A stretch of 64,000 nucleotides of DNA from Candidatus Poribacteria bacterium (GTDB lineage: Bacteria; Poribacteria; WGA-4E; PCPOR2b): contig PYIZ01000043.1 of NCBI GenBank assembly GCA_003635265.1, positions 77,707 to 141,706 on the forward strand, given 5' to 3'. Below are positions 27,205-36,574 of this stretch, in pieces (the stretch's first letter is position 1; each line of letters begins with the position of its first letter). The translations under genes and the position numbers were made by a program. Under the pieces are notes generated by a model. It was not told the DNA's origin. It saw only the letters and a program-made list of their open reading frames with translations, and ran no database searches.

Positions 27205-28191
27205 TTAACGTGAGTGGTCGTCGGGGAGTTCAAAATGAATCAATTCAAAATCCCTAGCCCTAGAAAGACCCAAGGAAATGCCTAGTTGAGCCCTTAATGC
27301 CCAGTCAGGAGAGGTATACTGATATCTGACAACGCCGACATTCGGAACCACCCAATACTTTGCGGGTTTGTATCCTTGCAACCCAGATGGTCCCGACAAA
27401 CCGATAATTTCCTCTTCAACCAAGTAAGCGTTATTGTAACTCCCAGCGGGCACTGTTACCGAGACAGGTGCATCAATAACACGGCGGACCACCTGACGCG
27501 GAGGCAACGTTTGGGTGTCAAAGACAGTCCACTCTTTTCCGATCTGCAAGGGAAAATCCCAGAGAAGGCGCGGCGGGAAATGTTTCTGATGTAGCACAGG
27601 ATTATCAGCAAAGCCAACGAAAACATCAAACGCTGATTCGGTATAGGCTTGTGGTGTTCGTGAAAAATAGGTTGCAAATAGCGGCAAATCGACCTCCAGA
27701 AAATCGGCATCAAGGCGAAAATAGAGCGCATTTGCGGAAAGATGATTGACTGGTTCTCGGAAAATTCTCTCCTCTCCTTGCATAACTCTTTCTTCCTGTC
27801 CCTGGGCGTTGAAAATGGTACGCTCAGCGAGAACGATCGCTTTGACTTCACTGACGGTCGCCTGACGGTTAGTGAACCCGTTAATATCTCGCGTACCTTC
27901 AACCCTAATTGTAAAAGTCTCCTCTAGTATGTCCGCAATAGTTTCTCCCTGCCCCGGGTTATACAACCAGGACCCCACACTGAGGTAGGTCCAAGCGGAG
28001 CCGTTGTTTGTGGGGAACTCAGAGGCTTGAAATCCCGCGCTGAAAGAGGGCGAAAATTCTGTCTCGCCGTGTGGGTCGATCAACCCCTCCTCACCACAAC
28101 CGAGGATAGACAGTAGTGCGAGCGAAAAAATAGATACAATAATTATACTCTTTATCACCTTAAACAAACTCCCTAGTGTGAAGAGACACAA
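27205..28191 (-). CDS. hypothetical lipoprotein
   Basis: Signal peptide with lipobox 'LSILGCG'. No family recognised. Confidence 0.5.
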   Translation of the reverse strand: MCLFTLGSLFKVIKSIIIVSIFSLALLSILGCGEEGLIDPHGETEFSPSFSAGFQASEFPTNNGSAWTYLSVGSWLYNPGQGETIADILEETFTIRVEGTRDINGFTNRQATVSEVKAIVLAERTIFNAQGQEERVMQGEERIFREPVNHLSANALYFRLDADFLEVDLPLFATYFSRTPQAYTESAFDVFVGFADNPVLHQKHFPPRLLWDFPLQIGKEWTVFDTQTLPPRQVVRRVIDAPVSVTVPAGSYNNAYLVEEEIIGLSGPSGLQGYKPAKYWVVPNVGVVRYQYTSPDWALRAQLGISLGLSRARDFELIHFELPDDHSR

Positions 28192-28206
28192 TTACGTTTT
28201 ATGTCT

Positions 28207-30585
28207 CTATTTCAGAATTGCCATCTTTCGCATCGAGATGTAATCGCTAGCTTTCAGTACATAGAAGTAGACACCGCTGGTTGCCCGCTCCCCCAATTGA
28301 GTACGTCCATCCCAATAAACCGCTTTATCTTTAGTAATGTACTGCCCACGCTTTTTCATACCGACGTGCAATGTTCGTACCAATTGTCCTGAAATATCGT
28401 AGATTTCAACCGATACAGTCGAATCCTCCCCTAATTCGTAAGGGATCCAAACATCCGGGTTGAATGGATTCGGGTAACTCTGTAGCAGCTGAGTCCGCAT
28501 TGGCGCAGCGGGGATATCCAACGGATTAAAGATAGGAGTAATACCGTCTGGGTCAATACTCGGAGTGCCCATGATGCCAATCGCATTGACAGGCACAACA
28601 GCATAATAGTAGCGGGTGTTCACTGGATCGAAACGGGTGCTGTCCACATCGATATCTTGAAATATCGTTGCATCTTCAAAGTACGTATCGGTTGCGTTGA
28701 CCCGTCCGACAATGTTGATGTCACTATCGGGGATGCCATCTTCATTTCGATCTGCGGCGTTCAGCACCTCCGCAGCGGTCTGGAATGGCCGCGGATCATC
28801 GGTTTCAACCAACGATGTATATCGCTTGCGGACGATGACTACCTCACGAATATCCGTTAAATCTTCGAGCTGCCACTGTATACGCACGCTGCTGTCGCTC
28901 TCTTGTGAAAGAGTGGGCGTCGAAAGGGCACCGGCAGGTGGAGGACCTGCCATATAACTCACAGCACCACCAAAAGCCCCACCGGGGATAACGACTCGTT
29001 CAATATCTGGACGCACATTTATTAAGATAAGCGTGATTTTCCGAATGTCGCCCCCGAAATCGTTGACGGTGATCTGTCCTTCCTGAGAACGTTGGTAAGT
29101 GAACGCCTCTCGGACTTCGTGGGTTCCATTCGATTTTTCAACAATAAATTTTGCGCCCCAACCGCGCAAGCCCAAAATATCGAGCCGCCTCAATTCGTTC
29201 TGAACCGCAGCTCGGTCCGTAACGTCGAGAAAACTCGTGTCAATTGGAGCGATATCGGCGCCATCGACCTTAATTGCGAATTCGTCCATCACAACACCGG
29301 GAGTGGGTTCAAAAACAATATAGCGTGATGAGAACGGTTCCGGCATCGCCTCTGAATCCCAATCAGCGCGGACAGGGTAGGTGTCGTGCACATCGTGTGG
29401 GTGAATAACGACCGGCGGGAAGCGGTGTCCATTAAGATAGTGCTTCCCGTCATCACGGTTATGAGTGAAGTAGTTCCACTCGGTGAATGTCTTAAACGCC
29501 TCAACTAGGGTTGTGCCATGGTTGGTAAAGACCTCCATAAAGTTACCGAACTCACGGTAAGACCCCTCTGTTGCTACACCGTAAATCTGCCGGACAATAT
29601 CGACATCAAACCGTTCTGCCATGTAAAACACCCAGATCACAGCTGCATATTCGTGCAAACCGACGCGGCTGTCAAGAGCGATGTCAGGCTGATCCAAAAA
29701 GATGCCAAGCTGTTGGGGATAATCGTCATAAGCATTGCTCTCACCGATCTCATCAGGGTCTGGGATATCGTCGCGATCCTCGCTCAACCCGCCATCGTAT
29801 ACCTTCGACTCAATCCATGTTGCCGAAGCCTCCATGAACCAACCCGGCATGAAGGCATTGTAGGCAAACTGAATCCCGTGCAGAAATTCATGTGCAGTAG
29901 TCGTTTCAATGAACCGGTTGCCCCTTAACTTGCCGTAATAGTCATGCAAACGGGAATTGATCGCAAAATAGGGACCAAAGGTTGTGACGGTCGGCAATAC
30001 CCGCCCATTGTACCAATCCGTGGTTGTAAAACCGAGTGCCGGAAACTCAAATAGGTACACATCATATTTATGATTGCCCCCATTTTCCGCAACCCAGAAA
30101 TCATCCAAGGGCTTTTTGAACCCCATCAGATTAACTTCGACATGGAAAGACCGCTCGTGTGCCTCTGCACAAAGATCAACGTAATCTGGCACCCCATTCA
30201 TGGGATTAACGTCTTCAAGCGGTGGCGCATGCGGACCGACGGTGGTGTAGTGGAATCTAAAGTGGGCTGTGTCAAACTTCTTTGGTAGATTGATAGAACC
30301 GTAGGGGCTACCCGGCTGTCCCGGTCGAAGGAAAATCCCCTGAAACTCGCGTTGATAGATCGCTGGCAGGTGATCCCAATTTTGACCAAGGATATTGAAG
30401 GTGTCTGTAAAACACTCCTCAATTTCGCTAGGGGTATAATGCGACTTGGGATTGATATATTTTCGCGCGGACCGAATAGCATCATACAATCCCGGATCGG
30501 GTGGGCGTGCATCAACGGATACAGGCACAGCGGTCAGAATTCCAACGGTCAATAACAGCGCTAGGAAAAGTTTGAAGTGGTTCAC
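28207..30585 (-). CDS. secreted putative zinc metalloprotease with a C-terminal T9SS-type sorting domain
   Basis: GTG start with GAGGA RBS, signal peptide, 'HEFLH' (HExxH), and C-terminal 'LLQSYPNPFNPDVWIPYEL...VYWDGR...SGVYFYVL'. Confidence 0.65.
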   Translation of the reverse strand: MNHFKLFLALLLTVGILTAVPVSVDARPPDPGLYDAIRSARKYINPKSHYTPSEIEECFTDTFNILGQNWDHLPAIYQREFQGIFLRPGQPGSPYGSINLPKKFDTAHFRFHYTTVGPHAPPLEDVNPMNGVPDYVDLCAEAHERSFHVEVNLMGFKKPLDDFWVAENGGNHKYDVYLFEFPALGFTTTDWYNGRVLPTVTTFGPYFAINSRLHDYYGKLRGNRFIETTTAHEFLHGIQFAYNAFMPGWFMEASATWIESKVYDGGLSEDRDDIPDPDEIGESNAYDDYPQQLGIFLDQPDIALDSRVGLHEYAAVIWVFYMAERFDVDIVRQIYGVATEGSYREFGNFMEVFTNHGTTLVEAFKTFTEWNYFTHNRDDGKHYLNGHRFPPVVIHPHDVHDTYPVRADWDSEAMPEPFSSRYIVFEPTPGVVMDEFAIKVDGADIAPIDTSFLDVTDRAAVQNELRRLDILGLRGWGAKFIVEKSNGTHEVREAFTYQRSQEGQITVNDFGGDIRKITLILINVRPDIERVVIPGGAFGGAVSYMAGPPPAGALSTPTLSQESDSSVRIQWQLEDLTDIREVVIVRKRYTSLVETDDPRPFQTAAEVLNAADRNEDGIPDSDINIVGRVNATDTYFEDATIFQDIDVDSTRFDPVNTRYYYAVVPVNAIGIMGTPSIDPDGITPIFNPLDIPAAPMRTQLLQSYPNPFNPDVWIPYELGEDSTVSVEIYDISGQLVRTLHVGMKKRGQYITKDKAVYWDGRTQLGERATSGVYFYVLKASDYISMRKMAILK

Positions 30586-30924
30586 TTACAATCCTCTGAA
30601 TCGCGTTATTTTGGGGGTGAGCCAATCGTATCAAGATAGGTCATCTGTTGGCAATAATAACATCTCGCCTTCCTTTTGTCAACAACTTTGGGGAGGGAGT
30701 TAAGGATAAGCGTATTAAGGTTTTCGCTTTGCCCGTTTGCCTTCTGGGTTACAATGAAATGCCCGTTATCGTGCAAAAAACGAACACTACTGTTCACTAT
30801 CAGTACGCTTACTTGTAAGGTTCTTGTGCTGCGATAGATTATACAGGCGTTGTGATTCGGCATGAAAATTGCCTTCCGCCACTGCAATTGAAATTACTTT
30901 TCGCAAAAGACATGGAGGAAAACG

Positions 30925-33273
30925 ATGCAAACTCAACGTTTAATCAAAGCCACTGTTGCAGTGATTGTTGTGGGAATGGTTGTGGGTCTGAAATCCGTGT
31001 GGGGAGTGAACAACTGGATACAACTCGACAATGGGGTAACAATGGGAAACGTCAACGCGCTTGCAATTCACGAATCCCGCCTCTATGCTGGAAGTTCAAG
31101 CGGTGTCTTCGTTTCTGAAGACGGGGGAAATAGCTGGTCGCTGACTTCACTTGATCACGCAGTTAGCACACTGACGGTCGATGGGGATACCATTTATGCG
31201 GGAGTATGGGGCGAAGGGGTGTTCCGATCCGATGATGCTGGAGTGACTTGGAAACCGATTCGAGACGGATTACGCCTTCACGAACATGCGGGAGAACGCT
31301 ATTATGGCAATGTTCGTCACATTCTTATCACTGACAATAATATTATCAATGTGATGTACCATAGTGGCACTTATACATCAATGGATCGTGGGGATACGTG
31401 GCACGACATCTCAACAGAATGGCAGGGAGGTAACAGCATCCACTCAATGACGGAGTTCGGTGGCTATCTTTGGAGTGCAGTATCGAACGGTGCTATGTTT
31501 CGTTCACCTGACAACGGCAAGACATGGGAAAACCTCCCTCGTTTTGCTCCTGGTCATGTACATGCCTGGGCGGCGCTCAACGGGCGACTGTACGTTGGCG
31601 GCTATGAGGGTGTTGGAGTATGGAACGAAACCACACGGAGTTGGGAATACCCAATGGCTGGGCTGCCAATTGGTAATCATCACCAGTCAGATGCACTACC
31701 GTATGTCTTGACACTTGTCGTTCATGGCGATCAGTTGTTCGCTGGGTTACACGACACACATGGCGTTTATGTTTTTGATTTACGATCAGGAAGTTGGTCG
31801 CCTACCGGCTTGGAAGGACGCTCTGTTGGTTCACTCCTATCGCACGGGTTGGCGCTCTACGCAGGTACGGCGGAGGACGGTATCTATTACTTGGCTAAAA
31901 TCACAGCAGTCTCCCCCCAAGAGGGCAACGTCGAAGGTGGCGAACCTATTACATTTTTTGGCAGAGGTTTTCCGCCTAGAACAACTGTTACGATTGGTGG
32001 AAGGTCATTGACTGATATAGAGGTGACTAATACACTGATAACAGGTTTTACACCGCCGGGAGTCCTCGGCGAAGCAGATATTGAGGTTCATTTCCCAGAT
32101 AGCGACCCTTTGACCCTTGAAAGGTGGAAATTTCTTTATACAAATACCTCATTGATAACGCTGGCAATGACACCAACCAATGGGCATCAGGCGGGGGGTG
32201 AGACTGGCATTGTAACCGGCAGTTCGTTTGCTCCTGGTGCGATAGTAAAAATCGGGGATAATTCGGCGATTGATACCATCGTCACACCAACGTTGATTCA
32301 TTTTACTATCCCGCCCGGCTCTGACGGAACGGTGGCTGTCACTGTAACTAACCCGGATGGGAGGGAGCAGATTTTAGAGAAAGGCTACACCTACGATCTA
32401 TTTCCTCCCCCTGTCATCCGTGAGATTTACCCAAACAAAGGACCTATCGACGGTGGCACAGAGGTAATAGTCAGAGGGAATTACTTCCTCGAAGGAGCCA
32501 CAGTCATCATCGGTGGAATTCAAATAGAACATTTGGATAGTTTCTCGCCAATCGAAATTCGCCTAGAGACGCCGCCATCAACTCCCGGTCACAAAGAAAT
32601 TCGCGTCGTCAATCCCGATGGTCAACAAGTTGTACAAGAACACGCATTTACCTACAATGCGCCTCTCGATATTACCAGCATTACCCCCAACGTGGGTCCC
32701 ATGGAAGGTGGAACGCTGGTGACTATCACTGGAACAGGGTTTCGTTCTAGTACCGGGGATACCAAGGTCACGATTGGCGGTATAGCTGTTTCATCTATCA
32801 CCGACATGTCATTGACAGAAATGATAGTCAGGACGCCGCCAACAACGACCTCTAGGGCGACGGATGTTATCTTGAGGAATCCTAACGGAGAGGAAGTTAC
32901 GCTTATAGACGGGTTTACCTACACCGATTCATTGGCAGTCGAGCCGAAAGGGAAGTTGTTGACCGCTCTTGGCCTTGTGAAACAGACCCGCCTACTGCAA
33001 AATTATCCCAACCCGTTCAACCCTGAAACTTGGATCCCCTATCAACTGGCAACAGAAACCGATGTTACCGTCGTCATCTATAATAGTGCAGGACAACGGG
33101 TGCGGACGCTTGAGTTAGGATCTCAACCACCGGGATTATATCTCACCCAAGAAAAAGCAGCATATTGGGATGGACGGAGTGATACCGGAGAATGGGTGTC
33201 CAGTGGTACGTATTTCTATCATTTGCACACGGGAAGTTACTCGGCAGCGAAGAAAATGATTATACTGAAGTAG
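30925..33273 (+). CDS. secreted BNR/Asp-box beta-propeller plus 5 IPT/TIG domains plus a T9SS-type C-terminal sorting domain
   Basis: Asp-boxes ('SEDGGNSW', 'SDDAGVTW', 'SMDRGDTW', 'SPDNGKTW'), repeated 'P..G...GG..(I/V)T..G..F' modules, and C-terminal 'LLQNYPNPFNPETWIPYQL...AYWDGR..SGTYFYHL'. Confidence 0.7.
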   Translation: MQTQRLIKATVAVIVVGMVVGLKSVWGVNNWIQLDNGVTMGNVNALAIHESRLYAGSSSGVFVSEDGGNSWSLTSLDHAVSTLTVDGDTIYAGVWGEGVFRSDDAGVTWKPIRDGLRLHEHAGERYYGNVRHILITDNNIINVMYHSGTYTSMDRGDTWHDISTEWQGGNSIHSMTEFGGYLWSAVSNGAMFRSPDNGKTWENLPRFAPGHVHAWAALNGRLYVGGYEGVGVWNETTRSWEYPMAGLPIGNHHQSDALPYVLTLVVHGDQLFAGLHDTHGVYVFDLRSGSWSPTGLEGRSVGSLLSHGLALYAGTAEDGIYYLAKITAVSPQEGNVEGGEPITFFGRGFPPRTTVTIGGRSLTDIEVTNTLITGFTPPGVLGEADIEVHFPDSDPLTLERWKFLYTNTSLITLAMTPTNGHQAGGETGIVTGSSFAPGAIVKIGDNSAIDTIVTPTLIHFTIPPGSDGTVAVTVTNPDGREQILEKGYTYDLFPPPVIREIYPNKGPIDGGTEVIVRGNYFLEGATVIIGGIQIEHLDSFSPIEIRLETPPSTPGHKEIRVVNPDGQQVVQEHAFTYNAPLDITSITPNVGPMEGGTLVTITGTGFRSSTGDTKVTIGGIAVSSITDMSLTEMIVRTPPTTTSRATDVILRNPNGEEVTLIDGFTYTDSLAVEPKGKLLTALGLVKQTRLLQNYPNPFNPETWIPYQLATETDVTVVIYNSAGQRVRTLELGSQPPGLYLTQEKAAYWDGRSDTGEWVSSGTYFYHLHTGSYSAAKKMIILK

Positions 33274-33281
33274 GAGACTCG

Positions 33282-33296
33282 GAGGAGATTCTCCTC
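33282..33296. terminator. short hairpin between convergent genes
   Basis: gaggag-att-ctcctc. Confidence 0.3.
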
Positions 33297-33326
33297 AACT
33301 CATTCATAGCGAATCCGTCAAAGCGG

Positions 33327-34100
33327 CTAAGGGGTAAATGTCTCAAGGATGGGAAGTGGTTGGCTATCCTGTAAAAGGGACAGCGCAGCTGCGATGATCC
33401 TATGGTGCAGTGCGGGGTTGTTCGGTTCACCAAGTGGGTAGCCGAAATGATACGGCACAACAAGAGCGCGCGGTGGCTTGACCTGCTCAGTAATGTTCCG
33501 AACCAAAGTAATCGAAACGGTTGAGATACCAACTGCTTCAATTGCGCGTTGAATCAGCCCAACGGACTGGTTGCACAGCGGTCAAACGGGAGTCAGAAAA
33601 GCGACATCAACGTCATCCGCTTTAAGGTGCTGACCAACTTCCGGGGCGGTGCGCTTGATTAAACGTCCCGGAGCGGGCTGCGATCCCATAAAACTGAAAT
33701 GCCGGTCGTTGAGCTCCCCGATTTTGCCCGCCCGCTCTAGCTCTCGAAAGCGATCCAGTGGAAACACCAGATTCCGATCCGCAAAGCTGGCGGTCTGATC
33801 GTATACAGTACTGCTGTGCGCACTCTTCAACGCTTGCACATCAACGGTGTTAGGGATTTCACGATAGGAGTAATCGCCGGCCATGAAATGATCATCAAAC
33901 GGTTCTTGCGACGCCGTATGTAAACCGGCGGTGGTGACTAAGGCAACTCGGCATTCCGTTAGTGGGTGCTGCAGCGGGGTATGCGGCGTTGTGTCGTAAC
34001 GTCGATAGCGATAGAGTTTCATGAAGATGCGAAGTTTGAAGTCGAGTTCATCAAAGGATGGCATGCTGGATTCACTCTCTGCATTGTCTAAGTCGTACAC
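33327..34100 (-). CDS. GrdB/PrdB-family reductase subunit, predicted selenoprotein (in-frame UGA at 33582-33584)
   Basis: The same frame stays open for 84 codons past the TGA, to TAG at 33327-33329. The sequence reads 'AFLTPV-U-PLCNQSVGLIQRAIEAVGISTV' (U-x-x-C). A hairpin at 33555-33569 starts 12 nt after the UGA. Confidence 0.6.
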
Positions 34101-34214
34101 ACATCAATATTTCAACTATATTCTTTATGTCAATTATAGCATGAATTGAGTTGGTTTCAAATGAGTTCTTTCCCACCTGAACACGAACTATTTCCGAAAC
34201 CGAGGTATTCGATA

Positions 34215-35270
34215 ATGGTAGATTCAAAGCGAATTGAGCATCGTGAGCTTATCCAATTTTTCAAACAGACACTGATGGCTGTTGGTACGCCCTTGCATGT
34301 TGCAGAGGTGGAAGCAGAGATTGGTGCGGAGGTCGATCTCTGCGGCGTACATTCGCACGGCGTTCGACTTCTGCCGGTGATGGTCGAGAACATCCAAACC
34401 GGATTGACGAATCCGGATCCGGAGGTGAAAATCCTCACAGAGCAGCCAGCTTCGGTACTCGCAGAGACAGACCGGGGCATCGGACGTTATGTTTCTGCGG
34501 TCGGGATGGATATGGCAATAGAACGCGCAGAAACCTATGGCATCGGTGCGGTTACCATCCGGGGCGTAGCACACTGGGGACGCGGATATAGTTATGCAGC
34601 GCGGGCGGCACGTGCCGGCATGATCGGCTTAACATTCACAAATGCAATCATTAACTTCCCGGCATGGGGCACCTCCACGGCATCTCTGGGTAACAATCCA
34701 ATGGCTATCGGTGTGCCTGTGGAGGACGGAGGTGAGCCAGTCGTGCTAGACCTCGCCATGACGCAAACCGCCATCGGTCGGGTCCGGGAAGCAGCGGAGG
34801 CGGGGCAGCGTGTTCCGCTTGGCTGGGGCTTAGATGCGGCAGGAAAACCTACAACGGATCCGGAAGCAATTGTCGAATCCGAACGTTTTCTTCCAATGGG
34901 CGAACACAAAGGATCAGGCTTAGCGTTCATGATTGAGCTGCTGACAGCGGGCTTGGCGGGTGGCTTGCTCTGTTATGAACTAGGAATAGAGGGACGACCG
35001 ACAGACACATCGGGAGGCTCCTCCAAACTTTTCATCGCTATACGACCTCACGGGGATTGGTTAAACGAAAAAACTGCGTCGCTCAAATCCTACCTAAAGT
35101 CTGCACCGCCGGCAGCAGAACAGGGCGAAGCGCAGTGGCCCGGCGAGGGCAGTTATCGTCGGCGAACCGAGTATCTGGCACACGGCATTCCAATCCCTCC
35201 TAAGCTAGCAGCGGACATGGAAGCACTCGCACAAGAACTATCCATAGCGTTGAACTGGAAAACTCAATAA
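34215..35270 (+). CDS. Ldh2-family (malate/L-lactate dehydrogenase type 2) oxidoreductase
   Basis: 'CGVHSHGVRLLP', 'GNNPMAIGVP' and 'GEHKGSGLAFMIELL'. The ATG at 34215 gives the family-typical length. Confidence 0.8.
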   Translation: MVDSKRIEHRELIQFFKQTLMAVGTPLHVAEVEAEIGAEVDLCGVHSHGVRLLPVMVENIQTGLTNPDPEVKILTEQPASVLAETDRGIGRYVSAVGMDMAIERAETYGIGAVTIRGVAHWGRGYSYAARAARAGMIGLTFTNAIINFPAWGTSTASLGNNPMAIGVPVEDGGEPVVLDLAMTQTAIGRVREAAEAGQRVPLGWGLDAAGKPTTDPEAIVESERFLPMGEHKGSGLAFMIELLTAGLAGGLLCYELGIEGRPTDTSGGSSKLFIAIRPHGDWLNEKTASLKSYLKSAPPAAEQGEAQWPGEGSYRRRTEYLAHGIPIPPKLAADMEALAQELSIALNWKTQ

Positions 35271-35271
35271 G

Positions 35272-36540
35272 TCAGTCCGAAGATGCGTGCAATGTATTGC
35301 CGAACTGACGTAATGCTGCGATACGTTGAAGCATCGGCGGGTGACTGTAATTGAGAAAGACAGTCAGAGGGTGGGGTGTCAAGTTGCCAAGGTTGGAAAC
35401 AGATAGGTTTTTCAGCCCGGTAATGAGCGGTTCTGGAGAGGCAATGGTCTCAGCAGCAAAGGCATCGGCTTCATATTCATGCTTCCGAGACATGTAGTTC
35501 AGACCGATAGAGAGGACCAGTTCAATTGGAGTGTAGAGAATAGAGAAGAAAACAATCCCCGCATAAATCGAAGTCTCCTCCATCTGAAAAGCATCGAAGA
35601 GCGCCCTGTTCTCAACAAAGCGTGAGAGCAGAAAAAGTAACACCCCTGAATGGAGAACCGATAAAATCGTGCCTTTCAGGACATGCTTTTTCTTATGATG
35701 TCCGACCTCATGAGCGATGACCGAGACGAGTTCTCCAATGGAATGCTTCTCGATCAAGGTATCAAAAAGCGCGATCCGCTTTTTCGCTCCAAAACCGCTT
35801 AAATACGCGTTAGAGTGCGTCGAGCGTTTAGAGCCATCCATGACGGAGATCTCCGTAAGCGGGAATTTTACTTTTTCCGTATATCCCTGAATCGCGTCTT
35901 TAAGTTCACCGTCCCCTAACGGCGTAAATTTGTTAAACATCGGCGCGATCAGTGTGGTAAAAAGCGGTGGCGCAATTATGATGAAACAGGATATCAGTCC
36001 CCACGCATAAATCCAAGCGAGATCCCCAGTCCTTTCAAAGAAGTAGAGCACCCCACCAAGTAAAGGGACCCCTAAAACGATTGCCAGTGCGTAAGTCTTG
36101 ATATGATCCAACACGAACGTCTTGACCGTCATCTTATTGAAACCGAACCTTTCTTCAATGACAAAATCGCTATAGAGCGAAAAGGGGATGGAAATAATAT
36201 CCCTTGCAAAATAGAGAATTGCAAAGAAAACTAAGCCGGTCGCTATCGGTGGCAGATCCAGCCCGCGGACATAATTATCCACAACGTTGAATCCACCCAC
36301 CAAGATGAAAGCCAAAATCAGGCACAGATTGAATGTAGAGGAAACATAGGCAAATTTTGCACCGGCTCTGGTGTATTCTTGGGATTGGCGGTATTTGTCG
36401 CCATCGTAAAATCCCTCAAATTCATCGGGCAGCTTTGGATCCAGCGCTTTTAAGTTCAGATAACGTGCAATGCTACGCAGCGCAAATTCGCCGATCAGTG
36501 CGGTTACTATAATAACGAGGTATATATTCATAAGTATCAA
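35272..36540 (-). CDS. M48-family (Ste24/HtpX-like) membrane zinc metalloprotease
   Basis: Multiple N-terminal TM helices and 'HEVGHHKKKH' (HExxH). Confidence 0.85.
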   Translation of the reverse strand: MILMNIYLVIIVTALIGEFALRSIARYLNLKALDPKLPDEFEGFYDGDKYRQSQEYTRAGAKFAYVSSTFNLCLILAFILVGGFNVVDNYVRGLDLPPIATGLVFFAILYFARDIISIPFSLYSDFVIEERFGFNKMTVKTFVLDHIKTYALAIVLGVPLLGGVLYFFERTGDLAWIYAWGLISCFIIIAPPLFTTLIAPMFNKFTPLGDGELKDAIQGYTEKVKFPLTEISVMDGSKRSTHSNAYLSGFGAKKRIALFDTLIEKHSIGELVSVIAHEVGHHKKKHVLKGTILSVLHSGVLLFLLSRFVENRALFDAFQMEETSIYAGIVFFSILYTPIELVLSIGLNYMSRKHEYEADAFAAETIASPEPLITGLKNLSVSNLGNLTPHPLTVFLNYSHPPMLQRIAALRQFGNTLHASSD

Positions 36541-36574
36541 ACAGGGTTCGGCTTAGAAATTCGATCGACAAGGT

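Noticed and set aside
28207-28500. A possible DGR template/variable-repeat or recent duplication relationship between the two C-terminal sorting-domain coding regions (the second at 32990-33273).
   Set aside because: The nucleotide similarity is only moderate and is spread over all base types. There is no adenine-specific mismatch pattern and no reverse transcriptase nearby. This is ordinary domain homology.
33260-33541. A 93-aa minus-strand ORF listed in the track.
   Set aside because: It is in a different frame from the UGA read-through continuation of the GrdB/PrdB-like gene, which covers the same DNA. The continuation has family-like sequence; this ORF does not.
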